DNA from: a virus
Taxonomy: Duplodnaviria; Caudoviricetes
DNA: 37,436 nt
Direction: 5' to 3' (one strand)
Virus record (IMG/VR): IMGVR_UViG_3300033485_000046
Span: 1 to 37,436 of that record
The position numbers and the translations under genes are program-made. Positions 1-6,561 of this stretch are shown here, in pieces. The notes under the pieces are model-generated. The model searched no databases. It worked only from the letters and a program-made list of their open reading frames with translations, and was not told the DNA's origin. The first letter of the stretch is position 1; each line of letters opens with the position of its first letter.

Positions 1-127
1 TTGCCATTGCTCTATATCGAAAAGAGTTTTGGGACAAGTTCGGCTTCGGTGCCATCTTAGACCAAACGGCGGCAACAAAGTGTATGGACTGTGCAGTGAA
101 CTGCGGCCCCAAGCGTTCCGCCAAGAT
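1..127. repeat. Terminal direct repeat (assembly overlap of a circular or circularly permuted genome)
   Basis: Bases 1-127 are identical to 37310-37436; the endolysin ORF reads continuously across the join. Confidence 0.97.
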
Positions 128-359
128 CTCCCAAGGTGCTGTCAACACTTTGCTCCCAAGAAAGCTTGTGATTGATGGAGCGTTCGGCCCCATGACCTAT
201 GGCGCTATCAACTCTTTGGACCCTCGCAAATTTGTCAAGGCGATGTCAGTAGTCATGGCGGATTACTACAACTCAATCGCCATCTCTCGTCCGCAAAATT
301 CCAAGTTTCTACCTTGTTGGCTTAAACGGGCTAAGTGGGGTGTGATGGAATCAAAGTAG
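1..359 (+). CDS. Endolysin GH108, 3' part with putative peptidoglycan-binding C-terminus
   Basis: In frame with 37111; DCAVNCG, IDGAFGPMT and KFLPCWLKRA motifs are typical of GH108 endolysins. Confidence 0.9.
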   Translation, partial: AIALYRKEFWDKFGFGAILDQTAATKCMDCAVNCGPKRSAKISQGAVNTLLPRKLVIDGAFGPMTYGAINSLDPRKFVKAMSVVMADYYNSIAISRPQNSKFLPCWLKRAKWGVMESK

Positions 360-365
360 AAGGTC

Positions 366-438
366 GCCCGAGTAGCTCAGTTGGTAGAGCGCCAGCCTTG
401 TAAACTGGGGGTCGTCGGTTCGATTCCGACCTCGGGCT
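366..438 (+). tRNA. tRNA-Thr(UGU)
   Basis: Acceptor GCCCGAG/CTCGGGC, D-arm GCTC-AGTTGGTA-GAGC, anticodon loop CT-TGT-AA (one C-A mismatch in the stem), T-arm GTCGG-TTCGATT-CCGAC; no encoded CCA. Confidence 0.93.
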
Positions 439-474
439 TATCCACTAAAAGGTCGTTCCTAATAACGGCATACC

Positions 475-522
475 ACCCCTAGGCGCTCTGATTGCGAGAG
501 TTTCCTAGGGGTTTTGTGTTTG
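475..522 (+). terminator. Rho-independent terminator ending the late/lysis arm
   Basis: ACCCCTAGG...CCTAGGGGT stem followed by a T-rich tail. Confidence 0.7.
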
Positions 523-538
523 TGCTATAAATTAGGCC

Positions 539-574
539 TACACGAAAAGCCCACCTCGTCTTAGGAGACAGGTC
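539..574 (-). terminator. Terminator ending the leftward early arm
   Basis: Minus-strand stem CCTGTCTC/GAGGTGGG (with GU pairs), loop CTAAGAC, tail CTTTTCGTGTA; same loop and tail as 5524-5550. Confidence 0.6.
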
Positions 575-598
575 AATTTCGACACCTTCGACCTGCCA

Positions 599-1051
599 TT
601 ACTTCGACGTCATTAGGTTGACCCAAGTTGCATCGGCGAAGTACCTGCCGTCAACACTCCAGTTGGCGTGCATAGGCGCCAGAAGACGCGGGAGGTCGAA
701 CTCGAGGTAGTCTTTGGCGTGAAACATCTCGTGGGCCAGGGCGCTGTAATCACGACCGACTTCGATCCGACCTGGGTAGAATATACCTGAGACGTCTTGG
801 TCGACGAAATCGTCGTGCCACCACCCGACGGGTTGAACCACCACGACGGTCGACTTCAGGTATGGAGCGCCCCAAAGCCCGGACTCAACCATGAAGTGCC
901 ATGCCTTGTCGGTCACCTCTCGACTCTTGGCGCAGTCAACCGGCTCCGAGTATCGGACTTCTGCAAAGACGTTGTCGGAGCAGACGTAATACATTTCTCC
1001 ACTACACCCTATCGTCGACAACATCACTGCCGCAATCACTACCGTCTTCAT
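599..1051 (-). CDS. Putative lipoprotein with HEXXH zinc-metallopeptidase motif
   Basis: MKTVVIAAVMLSTIGC lipobox-like signal; ALAHEMFH motif preceded by GIFYPGRIEV. Confidence 0.7.
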   Translation of the reverse strand: MKTVVIAAVMLSTIGCSGEMYYVCSDNVFAEVRYSEPVDCAKSREVTDKAWHFMVESGLWGAPYLKSTVVVVQPVGWWHDDFVDQDVSGIFYPGRIEVGRDYSALAHEMFHAKDYLEFDLPRLLAPMHANWSVDGRYFADATWVNLMTSK

Positions 1052-1058
1052 GATTCAA

Positions 1059-1087
1059 AGATTAATGCGCCCCATTTAGGAGCGCAA
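1059..1087 (-). promoter_or_regulatory. sigma70-like early promoter (probably leaderless transcript)
   Basis: TTGCGC-N17-TAATCT; ATG 7 nt downstream, no SD. Confidence 0.7.
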
Positions 1088-1111
1088 GCCTTTACGGTTT
1101 CACCTGGACGT

Positions 1112-1468
1112 TCAGGGGGTTTGGGTAACCTTCAAGACCTTTCCGGCTCCGTTGCTCCACACCAAGACCTGGCCAGCGGCCATGCTTTCCTGAGAGTCGA
1201 TCTCGAGCCGGTACACATTGCTGTAACCCACATTGCCTACGGTGGTGTTCGCGAGTTCAGCCTTGACGACGTAGCCGAGGAAGCGACCTCGTATTGGTGA
1301 AATCGGAGCTGGGTTCACCGGGTCTGAAGTCGTAATCGACCCATAGACTTCCTGGCCGACCTCTGGAAGGTACGAGGCGGGAAGCTGCCCGACGTAGACC
1401 TCGAAGTTCGCCTGACCGCCGCACCCAACAACCATTACTGCCGCTGCCATCATCATCGCGTTTCGCAT
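1112..1468 (-). CDS. Putative lipoprotein (118 aa)
   Basis: SD GAGGAG then MRNAMMMAAAVMVVGC lipobox. Confidence 0.75.
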   Translation of the reverse strand: MRNAMMMAAAVMVVGCGGQANFEVYVGQLPASYLPEVGQEVYGSITTSDPVNPAPISPIRGRFLGYVVKAELANTTVGNVGYSNVYRLEIDSQESMAAGQVLVWSNGAGKVLKVTQTP

Positions 1469-1488
1469 GTTCGTTTCTCCTCTCCACA

Positions 1489-1517
1489 AGATTACTCTCG
1501 CCGAGTTTCGGGCGCAA
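1489..1517 (-). promoter_or_regulatory. sigma70-like early promoter
   Basis: TTGCGC-N17-TAATCT, same hexamers as 1059-1087. Confidence 0.7.
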
Positions 1518-1519
1518 GC

Positions 1520-1603
1520 CTATCGACACGCAAAGTGGAAGAGGTAGGTCAGTGTAAGCCAAGCTACGATGAAGTAAACAGTATTCCGAATCTTGATGGC
1601 CAT
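1520..1603 (-). CDS. 27-aa single-TM peptide MAIKIRNTVYFIVAWLTLTYLFHFACR
   Basis: Not in the ORF track; GGAGA SD, own upstream promoter, fills the gap between two promoters. Confidence 0.65.
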   Translation of the reverse strand: MAIKIRNTVYFIVAWLTLTYLFHFACR

Positions 1604-1625
1604 GTGAGTCTCCGAGGTTGTCAGA

Positions 1626-1654
1626 GACATAGCCGACCGTCAGGGGCTTGTCAA
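1626..1654 (-). promoter_or_regulatory. sigma70-like early promoter
   Basis: TTGACA-N17-TATGTC; the -35 contains the TGA stop of the protease gene. Confidence 0.6.
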
Positions 1655-2385
1655 GCCCTTCGACGAAATAGAAGTCCGAGAAGTCCGATGACCGCCAACA
1701 GACCACCCGGGCTTGTAGCGCATCCTGTTGCAGGGGCTAAGCTCTCATGCTCCAACTCGACCCAAGTCGCCCAGAAGCCGACTGCGTTCGCCCCGTAGGC
1801 GATTTTCATGTAGCCCTGGTCACCCCAAGTCGGGCCGCGAGAGTTCCTCAGAATCCAATACCCGTCTCCGTCGTTGTCGTCCCACCCGACCAACACTACC
1901 GCGTGTTGAACCGTGGTTCGAATCCCACGGAAGATTTCACCCGCCTTGTAATTCTGGAAGGCTCTGTCTGCATACACGGCGCTCCATACCGGACCGTGCT
2001 CAAAGATGGCGGCTTTGATGGCTTCGACCGTTGGCGCCACCCCGAGACTTGCCCACCTGGCCACGTGGACATCGACTTCCAAGCCGTCTTCGAGAACCAC
2101 ACCTCCATCAACATACATGTCGAACGCCCTACCACCTCCGAGTTCGCAACTCCAACCCCATGGATTGCTCTCGAGAAGGTGCTTCTCTGACACGTCAGGC
2201 ACGTTCGAAGAGTCTGCCAAGAAGATGAGGTTTTCAACTACAGCCGCGGTAGCGTAAGCCCAACATCCACCACACGGTCCTTGGTCTTTGACCGGCGTGC
2301 ACTGCGAGAAACCGCCGTCACTTGAACCACACCAAGAGAAGGAAGATGGGAGGCTGGCGACGATCAGGCTGATGAGTGTGAGCAT
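1651..2385 (-). CDS. Papain-family (C1A) cysteine protease with N-terminal hydrophobic signal and C-terminal MYXO-CTERM-like sorting signal
   Basis: PVKDQGPCGGCWAY (oxyanion Gln, catalytic Cys), QHAVVLVGW (His), YWILRNS (Asn); ends GCATSPGGLLAVIGLLGLLFRRRA (Cys, TM helix, Arg cluster). Confidence 0.92.
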   Translation of the reverse strand: MLTLISLIVASLPSSFSWCGSSDGGFSQCTPVKDQGPCGGCWAYATAAVVENLIFLADSSNVPDVSEKHLLESNPWGWSCELGGGRAFDMYVDGGVVLEDGLEVDVHVARWASLGVAPTVEAIKAAIFEHGPVWSAVYADRAFQNYKAGEIFRGIRTTVQHAVVLVGWDDNDGDGYWILRNSRGPTWGDQGYMKIAYGANAVGFWATWVELEHESLAPATGCATSPGGLLAVIGLLGLLFRRRA

Positions 2386-2388
2386 GTG

Positions 2389-2607
2389 TTAGTGTGTGTA
2401 GAAGGATGACATCAGGTAGCGGAGTTCAGCGGTTGCTTCATCTCGAGCCATTTCGACAGCTTCGGCGTACGTCTTGCCGGACCTTACGGCTTGAGCGAAC
2501 GTCTTCTGGTAGGCCGATGTGAAAACCTCGCGTTCGGATTCGGTCACAGCGTCGGAGGGCGCTGTCACTCTGCCTTGATTCGACAGGGCGATTGTCTTGG
2601 GGGCCAT
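2389..2607 (-). CDS. Hypothetical protein (72 aa, MAPKTIAL...)
   Basis: ATG in a TGATG overlap with the upstream ORF; stop 3 nt before the protease start. Confidence 0.7.
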   Translation of the reverse strand: MAPKTIALSNQGRVTAPSDAVTESEREVFTSAYQKTFAQAVRSGKTYAEAVEMARDEATAELRYLMSSFYTH

Positions 2608-2777
2608 CAGTGAACCTGGAAGCCCGAGTGGGTGAAGGTGACCATCTCGCCATCGACCATGATGGTCTCGGCGGAAATCTTCATCAGGGTGACGGTCGGC
2701 TGCGAGGCCTGGACAACGAACGCTGCTACGGGGGACATCGACATCATGACGATCGCAAGAGCCTTGATGGTCTGCAT
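2607..2777 (-). CDS. Small putative exported protein (56 aa, MQTIKALAIVMMSMSPVAAFVVQASQP...)
   Basis: Not in the ORF track; hydrophobic N-terminus, follows promoter 2814-2842, translationally coupled to the next gene. Confidence 0.65.
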   Translation of the reverse strand: MQTIKALAIVMMSMSPVAAFVVQASQPTVTLMKISAETIMVDGEMVTFTHSGFQVH

Positions 2778-2813
2778 TGTGTTCTCGGGTGCTTCGGATT
2801 TGATTACTTCTCA

Positions 2814-2842
2814 AAGGTAACCAGCTTCGACTTCCGGCGCTA
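2814..2842 (-). promoter_or_regulatory. sigma70-like early promoter
   Basis: TAGCGC-N17-TACCTT; shares GAAGTAGCGCCGGAA with the promoter at 4580-4608. Confidence 0.6.
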
Positions 2843-3022
2843 CTTCTTGGGAGCCGGAGGAGGCAGCGGCGGGCGACCATCGCAGCGGCGCATCGCGAGA
2901 GCCATCCTGATGTCGTTCAACCGACCCATCTTGGCGACCGACTCTTTGGTCAGGCGAACTGTCCGGCGGGTTCTGACGAGTTTGGTTTCCATGATGGAGT
3001 GTATATCCACTTTCCGCGCCAT
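2840..3022 (-). CDS. Small basic hypothetical protein (60 aa)
   Basis: Lies between promoters 3059-3087 and 2814-2842; Arg/Lys-rich with a Pro-rich end. Confidence 0.6.
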   Translation of the reverse strand: MARKVDIHSIMETKLVRTRRTVRLTKESVAKMGRLNDIRMALAMRRCDGRPPLPPPAPKK

Positions 3023-3058
3023 CCTAACTGATTGAATTGCGGTTGGGGCTACTGGGTC

Positions 3059-3087
3059 AACCTAGGGAGGTGAGTCATCTCTGTCAA
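3059..3087 (-). promoter_or_regulatory. sigma70-like early promoter
   Basis: TTGACA-N17-TAGGTT. Confidence 0.65.
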
Positions 3088-3161
3088 CCCCCCGACCCGG
3101 AATGGATCGGAGGGTGACGTCGAAGGCGAGCATTCGCGAACTCGCCAGGTGGCCTATACCA

Positions 3162-4271
3162 CTAATCTAGGTGGAATGGTGGGGTAAAAGGGGCTGGTTG
3201 CTCACTTACTTGAGAGAGAGACTCAGGGAATACGTCAACCCTACGTTCACCAATTAGAACACATTGCAGGATATACATCCTTGGCCCAGTGTTGGGTGGA
3301 TATTGGTGGGTATACCCCGTGTTCATCAGGACTGAACGAGCTACGATCGACGTGACCCGAGTGTTTCGAGTCCTAATTACCCATATATCCCCAATAGTGT
3401 TCACATTACTGGGGTGCCAGCGGGAGGTTTGTACGGCAATGCCTACTGGCAGTGCGGCCGGCACATACCCGTACCCCTGACTATTACTGTAGGTGCCAGT
3501 TGTCCAGCTATTGCAATCGTTCGACTCAAAGTATCGAAAATCCAACAGCCCGTGGTTACCTGCATAGTTGGTAAATCTCAGACAAGTATCATCGATCGCA
3601 CCGGTATTTGCGTTAATGGGCCAAAATACACCCAAAGACTTTGATAGCAGACAAGCCGCAACGGTCGAGCCGTCTCCATTTAACGGATAACCACCGAGCG
3701 GGATGGTTTGGTAATGCCCCACTACAACTTCTAGTTCGTCCTTCCACACAAACCCGGGCCCCATGTCGCCCTTGGGTCCGGCATTCCCCTGAACACCTTG
3801 CGGACCTGGCACCCCTTGAACACCTTGCGGACCTATCGCTCCGGTGGCTCCTATTGCGCCGTATGGGCCTTGAAGCCCCCCCTCTCCCATGTCGCCCTTG
3901 GGTCCGGCATTCCCCTGAACACCTTGCGGACCTGGCATCCCAGCATCACCCTGCAACCCCTGAGGACCTTGAAGCCCCATATCACCCCTACCACCTTGAA
4001 ACCCAGTATTTCCTTGTGGGCCTTGTGGACCGGTCGCTCCGGTTGCACCTGTATCGCCCTTGGGTCCGGCAAATCCTGTCCCTGTCGCGCCTTGAACACC
4101 TGGCGAGCCCTGTGGCCCAGTGAACCCGGTGAACCCTCTCTCCCCCTGAGGACCGACAGCACCCGTTTCTCCGCGAGGTCCGATGGGGCCTTGACTACCG
4201 GACGAACCATTTTGAGGATCTGGACACCCGGTCAACACGACAGCAATGGCGACGAAAACTAACTTGAGCAT
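3162..4271 (-). CDS. Collagen-repeat lipoprotein (369 aa) with globular C-terminal domain
   Basis: SD AAGGA, MLKLVFVAIAVVLTGC lipobox, about 50 Gly-X-Y triplets, then an aromatic/Cys-containing domain. Confidence 0.88.
   Translation of the reverse strand: MLKLVFVAIAVVLTGCPDPQNGSSGSQGPIGPRGETGAVGPQGERGFTGFTGPQGSPGVQGATGTGFAGPKGDTGATGATGPQGPQGNTGFQGGRGDMGLQGPQGLQGDAGMPGPQGVQGNAGPKGDMGEGGLQGPYGAIGATGAIGPQGVQGVPGPQGVQGNAGPKGDMGPGFVWKDELEVVVGHYQTIPLGGYPLNGDGSTVAACLLSKSLGVFWPINANTGAIDDTCLRFTNYAGNHGLLDFRYFESNDCNSWTTGTYSNSQGYGYVPAALPVGIAVQTSRWHPSNVNTIGDIWVIRTRNTRVTSIVARSVLMNTGYTHQYPPNTGPRMYILQCVLIGERRVDVFPESLSQVSEQPAPFTPPFHLD
3760..3937. repeat. 52-bp exact duplication within the collagen region (3760-3811 and 3886-3937)
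   Basis: CCCATGTCGCCCTTGGGTCCGGCATTCCCCTGAACACCTTGCGGACCTGGCA twice, 126 nt apart; partial third copy at 3817-3834. Confidence 0.9.
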
Positions 4272-4347
4272 GGCAGGTTCCTTGAGGTGAAGTTGACCTG
4301 GCAGGTAGTTATCCTGCATTTACTGCGGTACTTCTTCCCACCCACCA

Positions 4348-4376
4348 AATATACTCGGCGGGCAATTCGGTGTCAA
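4348..4376 (-). promoter_or_regulatory. sigma70-like early promoter (near consensus)
   Basis: TTGACA-N17-TATATT. Confidence 0.8.
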
Positions 4377-4574
4377 CTACTTCGACTGCGAAACCGCCAA
4401 GAGGTCGGTGTATTCGATGGCGGCTTGGACCCACGCAATCGGCCGAGCTGTAGGGGCCACCATGGCACGAACGATGACATCGAAGTCGGCTGCACAGAAC
4501 GGCTTCGAATGGGTGGCGATGGCTTCGTTCCTGATGGCGCGGTATGCGGCTCTGCATTGCGATGTCGTTGGCAT
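4377..4574 (-). CDS. Hypothetical protein (65 aa, MPTTSQCRAAY...), paralog of 6558-6800
   Basis: ATG 5 nt after the -10 box of promoter 4580-4608; motif shared with 6558-6800. Confidence 0.7.
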   Translation of the reverse strand: MPTTSQCRAAYRAIRNEAIATHSKPFCAADFDVIVRAMVAPTARPIAWVQAAIEYTDLLAVSQSK

Positions 4575-4579
4575 CCTCA

Positions 4580-4608
4580 AGTGTAACGACCACGAGTTTC
4601 CGGCGCTA
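4580..4608 (-). promoter_or_regulatory. sigma70-like early promoter (probably leaderless transcript)
   Basis: TAGCGC-N17-TACACT; the -35 includes the TAG stop of the upstream gene. Confidence 0.65.
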
Positions 4609-4812
4609 CTTCCTCGTGATCTTCTGGCCAGCGACCTGTGAGGCCTTCTGCTGAGCCTTGAAGTCCCGGGCCTTCTGGACTGCCGCCTCACCCTGATTCT
4701 TCGCCACATCGCCCGCCTGCTTCGCCGAGACACCCTTTCGGAGTAGATTGGCGTCGACACGGGTCTTGACTTCGAAAAAGCGCAACATGCTCTGCTGAGA
4801 TTGGAAGACCAT
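4606..4812 (-). CDS. Small basic hypothetical protein (68 aa)
   Basis: AGGTGA SD-like sequence; Ala/Lys/Gln-rich helical sequence; fits gene packing. Confidence 0.65.
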   Translation of the reverse strand: MVFQSQQSMLRFFEVKTRVDANLLRKGVSAKQAGDVAKNQGEAAVQKARDFKAQQKASQVAGQKITRK

Positions 4813-4815
4813 GGG

Positions 4816-4875
4816 TCACCTGAAGAATCGGAGGTAGAGCGAGAGAAGGAGAAGTCCGATGAAGAAGTGGAGCAT
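4816..4875 (-). CDS. 19-aa hydrophobic peptide MLHFFIGLLLLSLYLRFFR
   Basis: Not in the ORF track; exactly fills the gap between flanking co-oriented genes; AGGGTG upstream. Confidence 0.55.
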   Translation of the reverse strand: MLHFFIGLLLLSLYLRFFR

Positions 4876-4881
4876 GACACC

Positions 4882-5106
4882 CTACAAGCAGATGACCGAC
4901 CGATGACTCGAGTGTGACGAATCCGAACGCAGCGCGTCATGACAGCACGCTGCGAGTACTTCGCGCTCTTCTGAGATCTCGTGGACCTTCGTCAGGTAGA
5001 CGCTCCGGTCGAGAATGGCGCGGTTCCTCTCGAGGTCCAGGGCATGGGCTTCGAGGGTGTGGAGGTCAGAAGCGATGCGAGCCAGGTAGTCGGTTTGGGT
5101 CGACAT
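4882..5106 (-). CDS. Hypothetical protein (74 aa, MSTQTDY...)
   Basis: AGGAG SD before the ATG at 5106; downstream of promoter 5146-5174. Confidence 0.7.
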   Translation of the reverse strand: MSTQTDYLARIASDLHTLEAHALDLERNRAILDRSVYLTKVHEISEEREVLAACCHDALRSDSSHSSHRSVICL

Positions 5107-5145
5107 GGTGTTCTCCTGTGGGACTTGGATTCGCCCCACACATCA

Positions 5146-5174
5146 AGCCTAACGACTCGGGTTTAGCGTGTCAA
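5146..5174 (-). promoter_or_regulatory. sigma70-like early promoter
   Basis: TTGACA-N17-TAGGCT. Confidence 0.72.
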
Positions 5175-5478
5175 GCGCCGCTGTCCTAAATTCGTCCCAC
5201 GACATCGAGTCGGCATACCCACTTTGTAGGTATAAAACCGCCAATGGGTCGAAGTTCGGGTTTGCCCTGGCATCTTCTCTTACTTCTTCCCACACCGTGT
5301 CGTCAAGCATAATCCGTGCCAGTGACAATGTAGGTGTGTCGGGGTGGGCAGCTGCTAACCAGGCGTCGTCATGACCTTCGTCTGCAAGTCCTTCGAGCGT
5401 AATTCCGGGTTCGGCTTCGCGCCGAAACTCGAGATCAGCTTGTGGGGATCGGAAAAGACGCTCTTCGTAGAAGGTCAT
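5149..5478 (-). CDS. Hypothetical acidic protein with leucine-rich-variant-like repeat
   Basis: AAHPDTPTLSLARIMLDD...VREDARANPNFDP resembles the A.HP.TP...L..L..D...VR..A..NPN repeat; start may be 5487 or 5478. Confidence 0.65.
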   Translation of the reverse strand: MTFYEERLFRSPQADLEFRREAEPGITLEGLADEGHDDAWLAAAHPDTPTLSLARIMLDDTVWEEVREDARANPNFDPLAVLYLQSGYADSMSWDEFRTAALDTLNPSR

Positions 5479-5484
5479 GCAGCT

Positions 5485-5514
5485 CATATGCCAGAAGTAT
5501 TACGCTCGGGTCAA
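5485..5514 (-). promoter_or_regulatory. Putative early promoter (copy of a 24-bp repeat)
   Basis: TTGACC-N18-CATATG; 5495-5518 matches 5993-6016 at 23/24 nt. Confidence 0.5.
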
Positions 5515-5523
5515 GCCCCAGAT

Positions 5524-5550
5524 ACACGAAACCCACCGTCTTAGGTGGGC
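5524..5550 (-). terminator. Rho-independent terminator
   Basis: GCCCACC-TAAGAC-GGTGGGT stem-loop followed by TTCGTGT. Confidence 0.65.
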
Positions 5551-5573
5551 TAGTGTGTGACTATGTCGGTGGA

Positions 5574-5960
5574 TTACTTGAGCCACTTAAACCAGTCTGC
5601 CCAATGATTTGCTCGATTTGCTCGTCGCTCTTCATTCTTCTGGGCTTCAACCAAGGACGTATGCTTGTCCACATCCTCCAAACGTTGCGTCTCCTCGAAG
5701 AACTTATTAATCAGGGTGCACCGAACCTCTTGCATGACGTCTGGATCTGAAGTAGGGCCGTTGATTTTACATGAGACTTCGATGCCGTTGCGACTAACGA
5801 GTTTGGCTGTCCTGAAGGCTCCGTCGATGCGATGTATTGTGAAGCGTCCGCCGCCCCATCGGGTGCCGTTGATGGATGCCAACAGTTCCTGTGCCCGCTC
5901 TTCCGATGTCCAGCGTGGGTCGCATTTGGGATATTTGTTTGTGTCTTCTGCGTTCATCAT
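5574..5960 (-). CDS. Hypothetical protein (128 aa)
   Basis: AGGAGA SD; own promoter; followed by a terminator. Confidence 0.75.
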   Translation of the reverse strand: MMNAEDTNKYPKCDPRWTSEERAQELLASINGTRWGGGRFTIHRIDGAFRTAKLVSRNGIEVSCKINGPTSDPDVMQEVRCTLINKFFEETQRLEDVDKHTSLVEAQKNEERRANRANHWADWFKWLK

Positions 5961-5983
5961 ATTTTCTCCTACAGGTTTACGTC

Positions 5984-6012
5984 CTACTACCCAAGTATTA
6001 CGTTCGGGTCAA
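5984..6012 (-). promoter_or_regulatory. Putative early promoter (copy of a 24-bp repeat)
   Basis: TTGACC-N17-TAGTAG; overlaps the 3' end of the endonuclease VII gene. Confidence 0.5.
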
Positions 6013-6400
6013 GCCCTCTTTCGTACGCTTCCAAATAACGACAACACGCCCGCGCTTGGTCTAATGTAAGTGCACGTAGTATACGGTGGTTGCAGTAATT
6101 ACAAAGTGTGCCTCTGAACATCTTCGCCCGTTCGGAGTCGGGGAGCTTCTTCCAACCTCGGACATGCTTATGATCTGTGACATAGGCGCCTGTTTTCGAC
6201 GGCTTGCCGCAAATACTGCAAACCCAGCCCTGCCGCTCAAGAGTCTCGAGCCATGTCCTCAGGCTGATCCCATACCGCTTCAAGGTGGGCGCTTGAGGTA
6301 GGATGACGTTTCTGTCAGCCGCATCGGCTTTGAGGAGGATGAGTTCAAGACCCCCGAGCAACCTAACCGCCTTGTCTTCGATGGTGAGTAGGGGCTCCAT
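5987..6400 (-). CDS. Recombination endonuclease VII-family nuclease
   Basis: RYGIS...QGWVCSICG...VTDHKH...RGTLCNYCN, the Endo VII zinc-binding/His-Me signature. Confidence 0.88.
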   Translation of the reverse strand: MEPLLTIEDKAVRLLGGLELILLKADAADRNVILPQAPTLKRYGISLRTWLETLERQGWVCSICGKPSKTGAYVTDHKHVRGWKKLPDSERAKMFRGTLCNYCNHRILRALTLDQARACCRYLEAYERGLDPNVILG

Positions 6401-6561
6401 TACTTGCCCCTCAGAAAGTCCCACCCGTACCACTCGAGACTAAGCTCGGTCGGGGCCCTGCCCTGCGCCACGGTTTTCGTTTGGTCGGTGTCTATCAAAA
6501 CAGCCAGGCGCCAGCCGGTGTAGCGAAGCCAGCGATTGATTCCCCACAAAGTGCATCTCAT
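6400..6561 (-). CDS. Small Trp-rich hypothetical protein (53 aa)
   Basis: ATGA overlap upstream and TAATG overlap downstream. Confidence 0.65.
   Translation of the reverse strand: MRCTLWGINRWLRYTGWRLAVLIDTDQTKTVAQGRAPTELSLEWYGWDFLRGK

Noticed and set aside
366-438. tRNA-Thr as an attP site
   Set aside because: No integrase gene was found, and the tRNA is complete rather than a 3' fragment.
4271-4345. Riboswitch in the collagen gene leader (TGGCAGGT twice, short GCAGG/CCTGC stem)
   Set aside because: Pairings are only 5-6 bp and match no aptamer I recognise.
1059-6016. CRISPR-like mini-array from recurring CAAGCC/GTCAAG motifs
   Set aside because: Spacing is irregular and gene-sized; the motifs resolve as -35 boxes of minus-strand promoters.
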